A stretch of DNA of 63,922 bases, the filler included, from Phoronis australis (lineage: Eukaryota; Animalia; Phoronida), in the NCBI GenBank assembly GCA_002633005.1. It is 7 parts of 7 records of this genome, joined end to end, with 100 filler letters (N's around TTAATTAATTAA, not from the genome) between each part and the next. Parts side by side here need not be neighbours in the genome. Positions count along the whole stretch, not along the records: positions 49,478 to 53,333 come from NMRA01002806.1; positions 53,434 to 56,604 come from NMRA01003172.1; positions 56,705 to 61,828 come from NMRA01002418.1; positions 61,929 to 63,922 come from NMRA01002018.1; 3 more parts are not named here. One strand, 5' to 3'. The notes under the pieces are model-generated. The model ran no database searches. It saw only the letters and a program-made list of their open reading frames with translations, and was not told the origin of the DNA. Position numbers and translations under genes: made by a program. Of the stretch, positions 51,601-63,922 are shown one piece after another. Position 1 is the stretch's first letter, and each line of letters begins with the position of its first letter.

Positions 51601-52436
51601 NNNNNNNNNNNNNNNNNNNNNNNNNNNNNNNNNNNNNNNNNNNNNNNNNNNNNNNNNNNNNNNNNNNNNNNNNNNNNNNNNNNNNNNNNNNNNNNNNNNN
51701 NNNNNNNNNNNNNNNNNNNNNNNNNNNNNNNNNNNNNNNNNNNNNNNNNNNNNNNNNNNNNNNNNNNNNNNNNNNNNNNNNNNNNNNNNNNNNNNNNNNN
51801 NNNNNNNNNNNNNNNNNNNNNNNNNNNNNNNNNNNNNNNNNNNNNNNNNNNNNNNNNNNNNNNNNNNNNNNNNNNNNNNNNNNNNNNNNNNNNNNNNNNN
51901 NNNNNNNNNNNNNNNNNNNNNNNNNNNNNNNNNNNNNNNNNNNNNNNNNNNNNNNNNNNNNNNNNNNNNNNNNNNNNNNNNNNNNNNNNNNNNNNNNNNN
52001 NNNNNNNNNNNNNNNNNNNNNNNNNNNNNNNNNNNNNNNNNNNNNNNNNNNNNNNNNNNNNNNNNNNNNNNNNNNNNNNNNNNNNNNNNNNNNNNNNNNC
52101 GCCCCCTCTCTAGCCCCCCTCCCACGGCACACGCCCCCTCTCTAGCCCCCCTCCCACACCCTCTCAATGACAGCACAGACTTCTAGGTAGAATCAGGGCA
52201 GACGTATTTTCCTGATGGCTCTGTCGTCAATAAAATGTAGAAAAAGGTCAGAACACTTTTCTCCTGTGGAAAAGATTTCCCCGCAGGACTGTTTACAGAA
52301 CAAATTGATGTCATTCAAGAAGAGCAAGAAAAGTGATGCCAAAACAAGTCAACGGAAGCAACAGGGACAGTGGTTCTTGACTTGGGGAGACCGGGGCTAG
52401 TTCGACCCTTTTTTGAAAAAAGTGCAATATTGTAGA

Positions 52437-52822
52437 CAGTATTCTTAATATTGTGGAAACTACTTAAGCTGGTTCATCCATAAGTGCACTGGTCTTGTAG
52501 CAATTTTCGTTTTAAAATGTCCACCTTCGGGGGTCCACCTTGTCCTGGCCCTCGGCAAGTTGGGTCCACCCACGGGACACGTTCGGCCTCCATTGCAGTA
52601 TTCTCAATATTGTGGAAACTACTTAAGCTGGTTCATCCATAAGCGCTGCGCGAGAAGTGCGATCTGTCAGCCAATATGTGGTGCATATTTAAGCGATGTA
52701 AGTGCACTGGTCTTGTAGCAATTTTCGTTTTAAAATGTCCACCTTCGGGGGTCCACCTTGTCCTGGCCCTCGGCAAGTTGGGTCCACCCACGGGACACGT
52801 TCGGCCTCCATTGCAGTATTCT
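52437..52822. repeat. Local A-B-A-C-B duplication
   Basis: About 124-bp block at 52481-52604 repeated at 52699-52822; about 47-bp block at 52437-52484 repeated at 52597-52643. Confidence 0.8.
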
Positions 52823-55800
52823 TAAAATGAACAAAACACATTTTTGCACAATTTTGTGTTGGTGTATGCCTGTTTGTTTGTCCCAAAGTACCGTAAATTA
52901 CACAAGAACTAGGGTTTGAATGTCAACTGTCTATTAAAAATACTTCGCAAATATCATAATCTTTTACTTACTAAACTGATGATCGGATGCTACTTTTTTA
53001 CTCAATGAGCTATTAAATGTAAACAACGTGAGAGTTTAAACGTATTTGCTTTAGTCCCCATCTGAGTTAAAGCTGTGGCACACAAAGGAGGACAGCATCC
53101 CATCTTCAGCGCATTCCTTGTGGCCCCACCCTTTGTACTCAACGCAGGGGACCCAAGTTTTCTCTACTCCTGCTGTTAGAATATGGCTCTAGACAAACGA
53201 GTCAAAACACTCCTGTTCATACTCGCTCTCTGAAGATGGGGATGGCGATCTCTCTTTTTTTTGTTTTGGTTTTGTGTTAACAGCAAGCTTTCTCGCAGGT
53301 TTTTCTTCTTTCCCTTAACTTGTGCTTCTCTCANNNNNNNNNNNNNNNNNNNNNNNNNNNNNNNNNNNNNNNNNNNNTTAATTAATTAANNNNNNNNNNN
53401 NNNNNNNNNNNNNNNNNNNNNNNNNNNNNNNNNCGCCTATGCAGCTAAGTAGTAAATCTACTGCGTATTTACGGGCTTGCCGTGAAAACACTGATTGTCC
53501 TATCTTATGCTGTTTGAGTATCATTACTACTTTTAGCTTTGATATAATCAAGAGTGAACTCTAGATTGAATCAGTTCTCACTAGTATTGAAAATAAGTAG
53601 GGATCTTTTCATGCAATGCCCCCAATTTAAGGACTACGTCCTTAACTATTTTGATTCAATTAAGGGCTCAGTTCTTAATTATGTTACTAGAAAATGCCAT
53701 AGTCAAAGAAGAGCTCCTAATAAAGATAAAATTATAGAAAAATAGTACATCTGTGCCTAATGAACGAAACAAATACCAAAAAGTTTTAGTGAACTTAGCT
53801 GAGTCCCTATTTGGGACTGTTTCATGCAAGTGGACACAGCAGAGACCGTAGAGAGCGTCTTTGACTTTGGGCACCACTTTTAGCGCTATGCCACGATGCT
53901 CGCTGGTTCCCTGCGTGCCGCTAGGTGCCGGCCAGGCACGTAGGGACCAGCGAGGCCACGATGATGCCACGTTCCACGTTCAGCGAAATTGGTTTTATTT
54001 ACAGCATCATAAGAAATTAACCAAGGTTCTGGAACTTTTTCGTTTTTCTTCCACCATTTACATACTGAATTTTGTCCGTCAATAATAAAAATCATTTATA
54101 CAATAAAACAACATTACATCGAATAAATGCCACTGGCATCTGCCCAAAGCCTCGCTTTGATTTAGCTGGGTCACGTGATATCCTTTCTGTACACGTCGGC
54201 CATCGGGATCACCGGTATCCCAAATTGGTCGGAGTTTTTTTGGTAGTTTTGACCCCTGTAACTGTTGCGGACCCGGCATTTTCTTGATCACGGCTTTTGG
54301 ACAAGATGGGAAGTAAGTGAATACATTGTACTTGTTATTTTTTAAAGAGTTTTTTTGTGTGCTTATATCGTAAACGTGTTGGAAGATTTTCGAAAGATGT
54401 CGACGTGGCTCAACATGTTTGTGTTTAAATTGTTTCCGAAAACATATTCTTTAAAACAATGTTTTGTTTTGTTGATTATAAAGGACTAATTGTTGTTTTA
54501 TAATTCTCTCTTTCAGTTAAGTTTTTAGAGTTTATCAAGCCATTCTGTGCAATATTGCCAGAGATATCAAAGCCAGAAAGAAAGGTAGGTCGATGTTTAG
54601 GGCACTGCCACTGGTCGGATATAACGGTCCGGGATGTAGAGAACCAGGCAGTCACTAAATAACGGGCTCATTACTTAGTGGATGAAACTGGTTCTCTAAA
54701 TCAGGCTCCGGTATAACGGACTAGTGAGAGTGTCTTTGTTGAGTTTGTTCTTCACCGCGAGATCCCAACACAAACAAAAAGTTGTATTGGAATAGAGATC
54801 TGAATAGAACACCATTGCGTGCGAATGTTATTCGCAGCTGTTTGAATTAAAAGGCGATTCTCGCGGTGACGTAGACAAAAGCATGCTATTACGCCTAAGA
54901 GTTCGTTACATTTGACAATTTATGATACTAGTGTGCTAAAAGCGATGCTCTTAACATATACTCGGGAACCCAATGGTCGTCCGCCTAAGCATAAAACCGA
55001 CTTGCTGTTGTACTCACCGACTTATTCCACTTCAAAGTTATGATCTGAATAGGATTCGATTTAACTCTCACAGATATACCGCATTCATCGATTCGGAAGT
55101 TTTCTTTAATTTGTGCCGAGTTATTTCAAATGTGCACTGCCTTCGGCAGCCATTTTATTGTGACACCTAAGGTCGTCATATGCTGCCCCCTTTTGTAAAA
55201 ACTGAGAAACATGCAGAAAAAGGCCAACGAAGTAATGAAAATTGCAACAGCCTGTTTTTATTGACATAAACTCGATTTGAAGCTTTGATGTTGAGCTCTG
55301 CACTGTGGTTTCCAATAAAAGCCAATTGGACAACATTTCAATGCAGTTTAATGGTNCAATCGGTAAACTCACCGATTTTTGTCTCATTACTTTGATACGT
55401 GTCTCTTCCGATAAGTTAGTACCTAACGTGCAGACGAGCACTCCAAATTGGAAGGCTAAGTCCCGCGTGGTTGCGCTGCACGCGAAACAAGATGGCGGAC
55501 GACCTTTGGAGCCTGACGACAATAGGTAACCGGACTATACTGTAGGAACCAAATTTACATGTGTTACCGTTGAAGATAGACTTTAATTACTTCCAACTTG
55601 AACGAATTCTCTCGTAATCAAAATGTACTTATAGCGAGGTGACTTTGACTGTTAAATCATTGTGAGGCATAATTCACGAAAAGCTTCCAGTGTATGAAGG
55701 CCCTATGGGATCATCACCAGGTGATGGTGTAGCCTTGGTGCAAAGCTGTATACTAAGTATACATCTTGGGGACTGAAGCGGGTAAAAAACAGGTCAAATA

Positions 55801-57383
55801 AAATCTGACACAAAATTAGTGTCATTAACATCTACACTTCACCTTGAGTTAACTAAATTATTTATCGGTTTAAGAAAAATTGATGTTCAACCATTATTCT
55901 GCTGCTAAAATTGTGGAGTAATCTTATGCGACGGCTTTCGGCGCCACGAAATATAGCATCACCTATCAACTGTTCTTCCTCGACTTTAATTGATATGTCA
56001 CAACCAATTATCGAAAACTGGTTTCATTTCGTTATAAATTTTTAATACCAGCAAACCGAATTTGAGAACAAACTTTGCTGCCGCGACACTGCCATCATCT
56101 CCCGACAGATGTTGCAAAAATTAGGAAATGACGCGTGCACGTGTCTTGAACGCACTGTTTTGAAAACAATGATGGACTTTTCTTTGTTACAAAAAGTGGA
56201 GAATTGTGCAAGAAAATGGTATTTAGTAGATTGCTTTTCACCTAAACGACTGTAACGTGCAAGGTGAGTGTCGTCTGACTCCTATATTTTGCATGCACCC
56301 CTGCAGGTCTTTAGCTCTTGTTTTACAATTTTATGTAAGTTTCACGATGAAGTGACAGGCAGAACTACCCGGGTGAAAAAAAATGTCAAGGTCTATTGGC
56401 TCTTGACACACCGTGGTTCCTCGCTGTATTTTGACCATGGTCTTCATACAGCTAGCTGGCTGGCTTGTGATGATGGCACTTCCTGAATAAAAACTAGGAA
56501 AAGCACCAAAAACAAAGTGTACTAAACCATAGCCAGCCAGCTGGCTGTGTATAACTAAATGTCAAAGCAATGGTGTGGCTAAAAAGTGGCAAAATAAATG
56601 GTGGNNNNNNNNNNNNNNNNNNNNNNNNNNNNNNNNNNNNNNNNNNNNTTAATTAATTAANNNNNNNNNNNNNNNNNNNNNNNNNNNNNNNNNNNNNNNN
56701 NNNNTGCATGACAATAAACAAGACAATATATCTTGTTCAAGGGGTACAAAATGCATATCTCCATGGGAGGTTTGCAGTGAAGTAAACCTTTGTTTACAGC
56801 TTCCACACTTCAAAGACTGAGCACTTTAGCTGATTTGTTTTTCCTTCAAAGCTTAATGATTTTTCAAGAGAATACCAACTAAAAATGAACTAATAGAACT
56901 TTACTAGTACATGTGCACTTGTTCACAAATTTACATATATCAAATAACAGGTAAAACTGGTTAACACATAGATCTGTTTGCATTTAAAACTCAAGCAATG
57001 CTAAGTAGGTCAAACAGAAGTTCCAAATTAATCAAGAAAGTGGAGTTGAACCTTCCTGTTAAAGTAATTAAAGAACTCCATTCAGACAGTGACCAGTGTA
57101 ATCCAGTTTAATTGGGAAGCTAACTCCTATTAAAATCATCCCGAGATCACGTCCAACTGATGTGAAGTGGTGTAAAGGGTGGTCAACCCTGTGAAAAACA
57201 ACCGTAACGGTACTTTCACACTCTTTTCACTCCTCAATCAATGTCCTGATATTTTAGGTTTGAGCATATAGTGTAAACTGATAACAAAGGTGGTTGATTA
57301 ACCTGTTCCTTATAAGCTTTCTTTTTAAGATAACCGGTATGTTTGCAGTTATCTATATCTAAATTAAAGCAAACGGTACTCAC

Positions 57384-57598
57384 ATTTCCAAGGTTTCATG
57401 TGGAAATTTGGTTGACCATGCTGAGGCACCAGGCAACCTATGCTGACAGTCAACACTTTTGCCAATGGCAACCCTTTTGGTACTGCCTGGCGGGTTCGCC
57501 ATCACATTTTTACAGAAACATGGCGAGCACGTGCTTGAGGATTGTACCAGGAGAGCAAGAAGCCAACACAGACGGAGTGAGGAAATAAACAGCGTCAT
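57384..57598 (-). CDS. Signal peptide + LRRNT exon of a secreted or membrane leucine-rich-repeat protein (gene incomplete or decayed)
   Basis: MTLFISSLRLCWLLALLVQSSSTCSPCFCKN...KSVDCQHRLP...KFPHETLE: hydrophobic leader then CxxCxC...VDCxxR...P..T pattern. Acceptor tttcag at 57644-57649; phase-2 donor gtgagt at 57378-57383. Confidence 0.55.
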
Positions 57599-58779
57599 GT
57601 CAAATCATATGGACCGATGTGGACGCATATTCACACAACACACCTGAAACAACACAAACACATTAATAACAATATTTTATAGACAATACCATAGCAACAT
57701 AGCATTAATCAACATCAAAATGTCATGTGCAGTCTATTAATTCTGATGTTTGCAACCAGGTCAGATAAGATTCTATAGTAAATCCAGTCATAGGAGTCTG
57801 AGCATTCAAAAAAATGTATTTTCTCCAAAGATCATGCCTCAAAACTGCATGAAATCACATGTCCTTCACCTGTTATTCTTGGAGTTAAGATATGTGGTGA
57901 TGAAATAAAAGAACTGCATTAGATATGGGTCTGAAGCAATTGGCTGGTTTTTCCCATGTATGCTAATATTATAGGTATCTGGTATGACATGGAGCCAGGA
58001 TCATCACTGAAAGGGGGCTGTATAGATGACCCCCTGGATCCATGCCTGACTGGTTGACGAGGAGGAAGCGTTCTCCCCCACATTCAGATATTAGTTGCTA
58101 TGCCGCTTAACACCTACCAAAACATCTACCCTATTGCTAGATTGCCTTGCCACATAACTAGGCAAAGACTTGTCCCTTGGAGATCCCGGATTTTGGGAAT
58201 CTGTTAATCCACAGCATAACAGGGATTATTCGGTTTAAAAGTCAGGGACCACCATGCGGATCTACAGTACTAAAGTGATTTTTAATACGTAACACATTTA
58301 AAAGCAAATCTCAGAAAACCTGCTTTTAAAATTGTTAAAACAAGAAATTTCAACCCAGACCCAGGGCTCCAATAATCAAAGTTGTGTTTTGTGACCATTT
58401 AACATTAAAAAACTGCATAAGCTGGACACGAGTCTGTACTTCAATTGAAAACTATAATGGTCAACTTTACCCAACAATGAAAGCTAGACCAGATGACTCC
58501 TCGTGGTGTTCATGTTCAGAACAGTAGATTGCAGAGATTCAGAACATTCACCGACTGAGTGAGTAAGAAACACAAACAACCAAGATTGAAGTCGTGAAGA
58601 TCGTGGTTGAAGACTGTGGTAGAATCAACATTCCAAACGTTCGCTAAAAAAATATTTAAATCAAAGGCAAAACATGCTTACCTATGGTACCTTTGAAACA
58701 CAGTTTTCCTTTAACATTTTAATAAAAAATACACATACAAATCCACACACTACCATCGACTTTCCGTCTTGTAGTATGA

Positions 58780-58853
58780 TGACGTCACGACTTGACCTTG
58801 ATATGCCGTTTCTAGGTCATCTTATGAATGAAAGTTGGTGCCCGCCATCTTTT
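58780..58853 (-). promoter_or_regulatory. Candidate promoter motifs upstream of the LRR exon
   Basis: Palindromic CRE TGACGTCA (58780-58787), YY1-like AAGATGGCGG on the - strand, and a - strand donor (ag|gtaagc) at about 58681. Confidence 0.25.
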
Positions 58854-61800
58854 GGTGCGCAACATAAAATCTCAAATGTTACGTTCCGGCCGCGGTTTGA
58901 GTGTGTCTACTGTCCAATAATAGCATTTAATGAAACGGCATGACTTTGTCGGTGGCAGATTATTAAAATTGCATCGACACTATCTATGTTGCGCATTATT
59001 TGAGAACTTGGACCATTTATTTTTGGGCCACATGTACAAATTGAAGAGTGTAATTTTTAAGGNNNNNNNNNNNNNNNNNNNNNNNNNNNNNNNNNNNNNN
59101 NNNNNNNNNNNNNNNNNNNNNNNNNNNNNNNNNNNNNNNNNNNNNNNNNNNNNNNNNNNNNNNNNNNNNNNNNNNNNNNNNNNNNNNNNNNNNNNNNNNN
59201 NNNNNNNNNNNNNNNNNNNNNNNNNNNNNNNNNNNNNNNNNNNNNNNNNNNNNNNNNNNNNNNNNNNNNNNNNNNNNNNNNNNNNNNNNNNNNNNNNNNN
59301 NNNNNNNNNNNNNNNNNNNNNNNNNNNNNNNNNNNNNNNNNNNNNNNNNNNNNNNNNNNNNNNNNNNNNNNNNNNNNNNNNNNNNNNNNNNNNNNNNNNN
59401 NNNNNNNNNNNNNNNNNNNNNNNNNNNNNNNNNNNNNNNNNNNNNNNNNNNNNNNNNNNNNNNNNNNNNNNNNNNNNAAACGCCTCTCTCCACCGTCCGT
59501 CCATTGAAGTAAGCTGTCTAGCTACAAAGCTATACTGGCGAAAACTCCAAAAGGTGTTGGGATAACTCAAACCGCCAGCAAAGCTCTAACAAAAGACACT
59601 TGTGACGGTACACAAGGCTGGCATTCTTGCCAGATTTAGATTTAGCCAGTTTGTGAACAGGGCTTCAGTCACCTACTGTAATATTCAAGAGCTTTTTAGT
59701 AATTTGGTTCAGTTCAATAGGTTTCAGCATGATGCTCACGAAACAAACTTGTGGAATTCTTAGTTTGAAGAGCTGAATTTCGCCCTGCTAAAAACGAAAA
59801 TCTTTCTCGGCAGAGGCAATGGGTTCATAAGGCACTTTCGAATTACAGTTTTTTGGTTGGGCAACCCCAACTTACTCTAGCATTTTTTTGATTCAACGTT
59901 CTTGTTGGTAAGAGAAACGGAATTCTATCACAGCAAGGAAATTATGAGCGGACCGATTTTTAAATTAATAATATGATTCAGTGGCGGATTTAGGGCGAGG
60001 CCAAGGGGGCCATGGTCCCCCCTAAAATTCTACCAGATACCATTTGGCAGTTCGGGAGCAAATTGTCGACTAGCACATGTGCGCAACCAGCAGGGTTCGG
60101 GGGGGTGAATAAGCAATGCATAGGCCCTGAACAAACCCCGTTTACCGTTTTTTTTTTAGTCAAAAGGTCCGAAAACTAAAAAATTAGAGACCCCTGCATC
60201 CGTACATTTTAGTTTAGGCTGGGCGCGCGTATTTGCCGAAATTCTGGTTATTCCTGTGCCCTGCCNCCGCCCCTGGGATTACAACTTATTTTGTGCGAAA
60301 TAAATTAAGTGCACCATAAATCTATCGAATAATTTGCTGTTGCTATATTCATACATGGTATATTGCAAGTTGAGCAACCTTACCAATGAAAAGACGTCAA
60401 TGTTCGATTACATTTTTACAGTTTACATTCCTGCACGTGTTAGTCATGATAAAATATAACTTGTTCCAACAGAAAGAACGCATTGATGTTCTGGACGCCA
60501 TCACTATGAATCAAATCGATAAAACACATAGATGTTAGTGTCAAGTTTAAAGTTGCTGAGCCCGACTTTGGCGTTAGAGTCCATTTAAATTCAATTAAAT
60601 CAATTTTTGCATGTGATGTATCGAAATATACATCGAGTAATGATTCATGAACTTTCACCCGGGTAAAAAAATCTACTAACCTGCGTATCCTCCTTGCTTT
60701 CTATAATTATAATCGCGGAATACTTTCACTGGTGTCCTCTCGGAAAAACCGTGGTACTGTAATAAAACCATCTTCTATTGCCAAGGTTTATTTTGTGGAT
60801 AAAAAATAGATGTATTTGTTGAAAAGTTAAAATTTCGTGAAATGCTTCGTAGTTTAAAAATTAAAAATGATGAAAACAATAATTCATGGAAAAGTTTGTT
60901 AACAAAAAGAACAAAGTCATTTGTAATAAATTTTTACTAAAACCCTTCAACTTGAACTTCATTGAAGGCATATAAAAATTGCCACTCAGTGTTCAACGAC
61001 AACCAAGACCAGAAGGCTTTGTTCTACTTTCGAAATTAAAACACTTGAAGTTAAAAATAATTAGCTAGAGGAATAATATTCAATGACTTTAGGGCTCGGG
61101 GACTAATTTTCTTACTGGGAACTTGACTAAAAACTGACTACTTGCATAGCATACCTCGAGTAACCAACAATTTTATACTCAAAGGACATTAGACGTTGGG
61201 TCCAGGATTCTATACGTGGGCGAAGCTACGATGCAACGTTGTGAATTAGCTATTGCTGTATAGTTGAAATTAGAGTGATATTTTAAGGCATTGGGTTGAG
61301 TGTCTGTAAAACTGAAATACATGTGCTTTGATACTGGAAATGCTTTTGAAGAATTCAATAACTTGGGTTTGTCTATCTCGAAATTTCGCTTTTATTAAAA
61401 CGTAGGATTGCTACCATGTATATATATGCATATAGCAGGACCATGTTCCAATACTTGAAGCTGTGCTTATATCGGAAATTAAGCACATGCGGCTATACGC
61501 GAATCAGTTGAGCAAACCAATGCTTGGCAGTGATGCTCTGGATATAAACGCACCTCATTCATTATTTTTTGTCTTAGAGTTATAAGCTACTTAGTTCGTG
61601 GAATGCAGTGAAACTCTTGCACACGATACAAGCTCTCATAATACGCCGAAACGTACTGCATGCATTTAGTTTGTAACTTAATTTTAAACAATATGTTTTC
61701 AGTTGAAAACTGTCGGCATTTTCCCTAGTTTTATTGGGGAAATCATTTCCTTCAGAACATTTATTCGTTATTTAAACCTGTTTCAATAAGTAGTTCGCTA

Positions 61801-63922
61801 GTTTGTGCAACAGTTTGTCACTGAACTTNNNNNNNNNNNNNNNNNNNNNNNNNNNNNNNNNNNNNNNNNNNNTTAATTAATTAANNNNNNNNNNNNNNNN
61901 NNNNNNNNNNNNNNNNNNNNNNNNNNNNAGTAATTGCCTGAAAAAGGTACTAATTATAGCATTTTGTTTTAAAGCACGGCACTCAGCACATAAAGGCTCA
62001 CTAAAGACTAAGTGTGTTTGGAATTTTGATCAATTTAATGATAGACTGCAGTTAGAGAGCAAGGGCCCTAGCCGTGAAGCAAGACCTAATGCAAGTATAC
62101 GAGTGAAACTTCATGAGATTACATACTTCGCAGGTAATGCATGGCAATATTTCATGAAGACTTGCAAGTTCCATCTTCTTGTCAAGACAACAAGAAACAA
62201 GCTTCAGACATACGCTGAAGATGTTATTAAGTATCGACCAACACTGAATGTACGCAGTTTTTTCTCGTAAACGAAATTTGACACTCATCTGGGGAATAAA
62301 GTGGTTACCTGTCAGCAACTACTTTATTACTTAGATACTATTTTCCTTAGATACCATTTTCCTTAGATACTATATAACGGCGCCACCTATGAACATTCAC
62401 ACATTACGAACATCTTTAGATTTAATCAGAATCCATTCTCAAACTAACGTTGTATTGGTTCAGAGCATTTGATGTTAAGGTCTCAATATACAATTTTAAG
62501 AAGTGTCCAGATGGAATTGGATCGAGTCCCTTTTCACACAACCATTACTGGCCATCCCGATAAGAACGGACTCCCTGATGAATCAGGTGAATATTTTGGA
62601 ATAACTGGCCAAGACAGAAACAATGTCAAAGTCAAATAACATGGTTATGTTGAACATGTTTGATAATAGCAGATTTGTAAACAGTGTGCTCAGCTCTCAT
62701 CTGACTATGAGTGAAATGACTGGAATTCTTATCTAATTCTTTTCTGTGTTTATAAATTAAATGTATGTGTCGAGATTTGAGACTCCGATATACACAGATT
62801 CACACCTACGGTAACAATCTATAATAATTAAACAGACTCACCGTCTCAAGCTAACCCTATGCTTTGAGAGAAACACACACAACAACAGGCATTACACACC
62901 GGAAATTTTTAGTCAAATTTACGCCTCGCTACGGCAAAAAAGTTACCTATCCATTAATACCTTTTGAGCATTAGGGGACATCTTTTGAGGGTATAGATGT
63001 CTTTCAAACAGTCCAACTCACACAAGTACTCCGGCAATCATAACTGATTTCCAATTCATTTGCTAGCAAAAAACTGTTAGTGCAAACAAATTTCAATGCA
63101 GATTTATGCGATACACACAAATTGTGTTAAAACTAGTAGCAGTTAAAAACATGGCCTCCAAACGTGTCTGTCTGTACTCATGACGTACTTGTAGCTCCAT
63201 TTTAACAATTTAGCCGGAATGAGGCACAATTTGCCAAGATACTTCCTGAATATTGTGATGTGCAATTGTCTCCAGCCTAGTGCTACCAAATGCTAGAAGC
63301 TTATAACAGTGAACATGCCGATGAGTTCCAACTAAAAGCAACATTAACTTATTGCACACATGTGAACAATACTGAACAGTTCCATGGATGTAAGTAAAGT
63401 GAGGAGAGTTTGATTGTACGCGTCTGCAGCAAGATACTGGTCCTGACATGGGGAAATGGGGGAAAAGTAGTCATCACCAAGCATGTGAGACACTCATCAG
63501 ACACAATAACAAATCAAGTCAACTGCCATCTGATGCCCCAAATGTTGACGTAGTGACTTCATACTGTACGGTAAAGTCGCGTGATTTTCGGACACTGAAA
63601 ATTAATTCCAATAGAAAAAATTCATTCTTGGACGAATCTCGCGAAAAATCATTTTGTGGTGTCCGAATTTGGCGGACCTCCAAATTTGGGTTTCCGCTAG
63701 TGTCCGAATTTCGTGGGTGTACATTATTTCGATGAGCGGTCGTAGTATCAACAATGCTGGCTCGGTCATTTGATAGCAGTATAATTGCAGGTAAATGAGA
63801 CTCAAATGGTCTGAGCGATTAATTTTTGAAAATCTGGCTTTCCCAATAAGAAATGTGCGTCGTCGACGCACAAAGACCGTTCCCAACAAGTGTTGGTTCT
63901 TCTTTTCAAAGATGTGCTTTCT

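Noticed and set aside
51206-52176. Long ORFs of 211-308 aa in the ORF track (also 58930-59570)
   Set aside because: They read through N gaps and minisatellite sequence.

Overview
AT-rich animal (invertebrate-like) nuclear DNA from a gapped draft assembly. It contains two complete, intact, spliced + strand genes. The first is DOPA/aromatic L-amino acid decarboxylase (Ddc; 11 coding exons, 5308-22219, about 479 aa). The second is RABL3 (7 coding exons, 29972-38122, about 231 aa), whose G4 guanine-binding motif reads TNLN instead of TKLD. A signal-peptide + LRRNT exon lies on the - strand at 57384-57598, with apparently decayed LRR sequence downstream. Introns and intergenic DNA are packed with non-autonomous DNA transposons: an internally deleted THAP-bearing Kolobok element with 313-bp TIRs, Helentron-associated (HINE/DINE-1-like) elements carrying periodic co-oriented CTCF-like motifs, a foldback MITE with a 9-bp TSD and a MITE family with 5-bp TSDs. 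There are also several minisatellites, one apparently derived from a tRNA-like head. Most ORFs in the supplied track are spurious. Duplications around single Ns and the N-TTAATTAATTAA-N spacers are treated as assembly artefacts. All calls come from reading the sequence by eye; no database searches were run.
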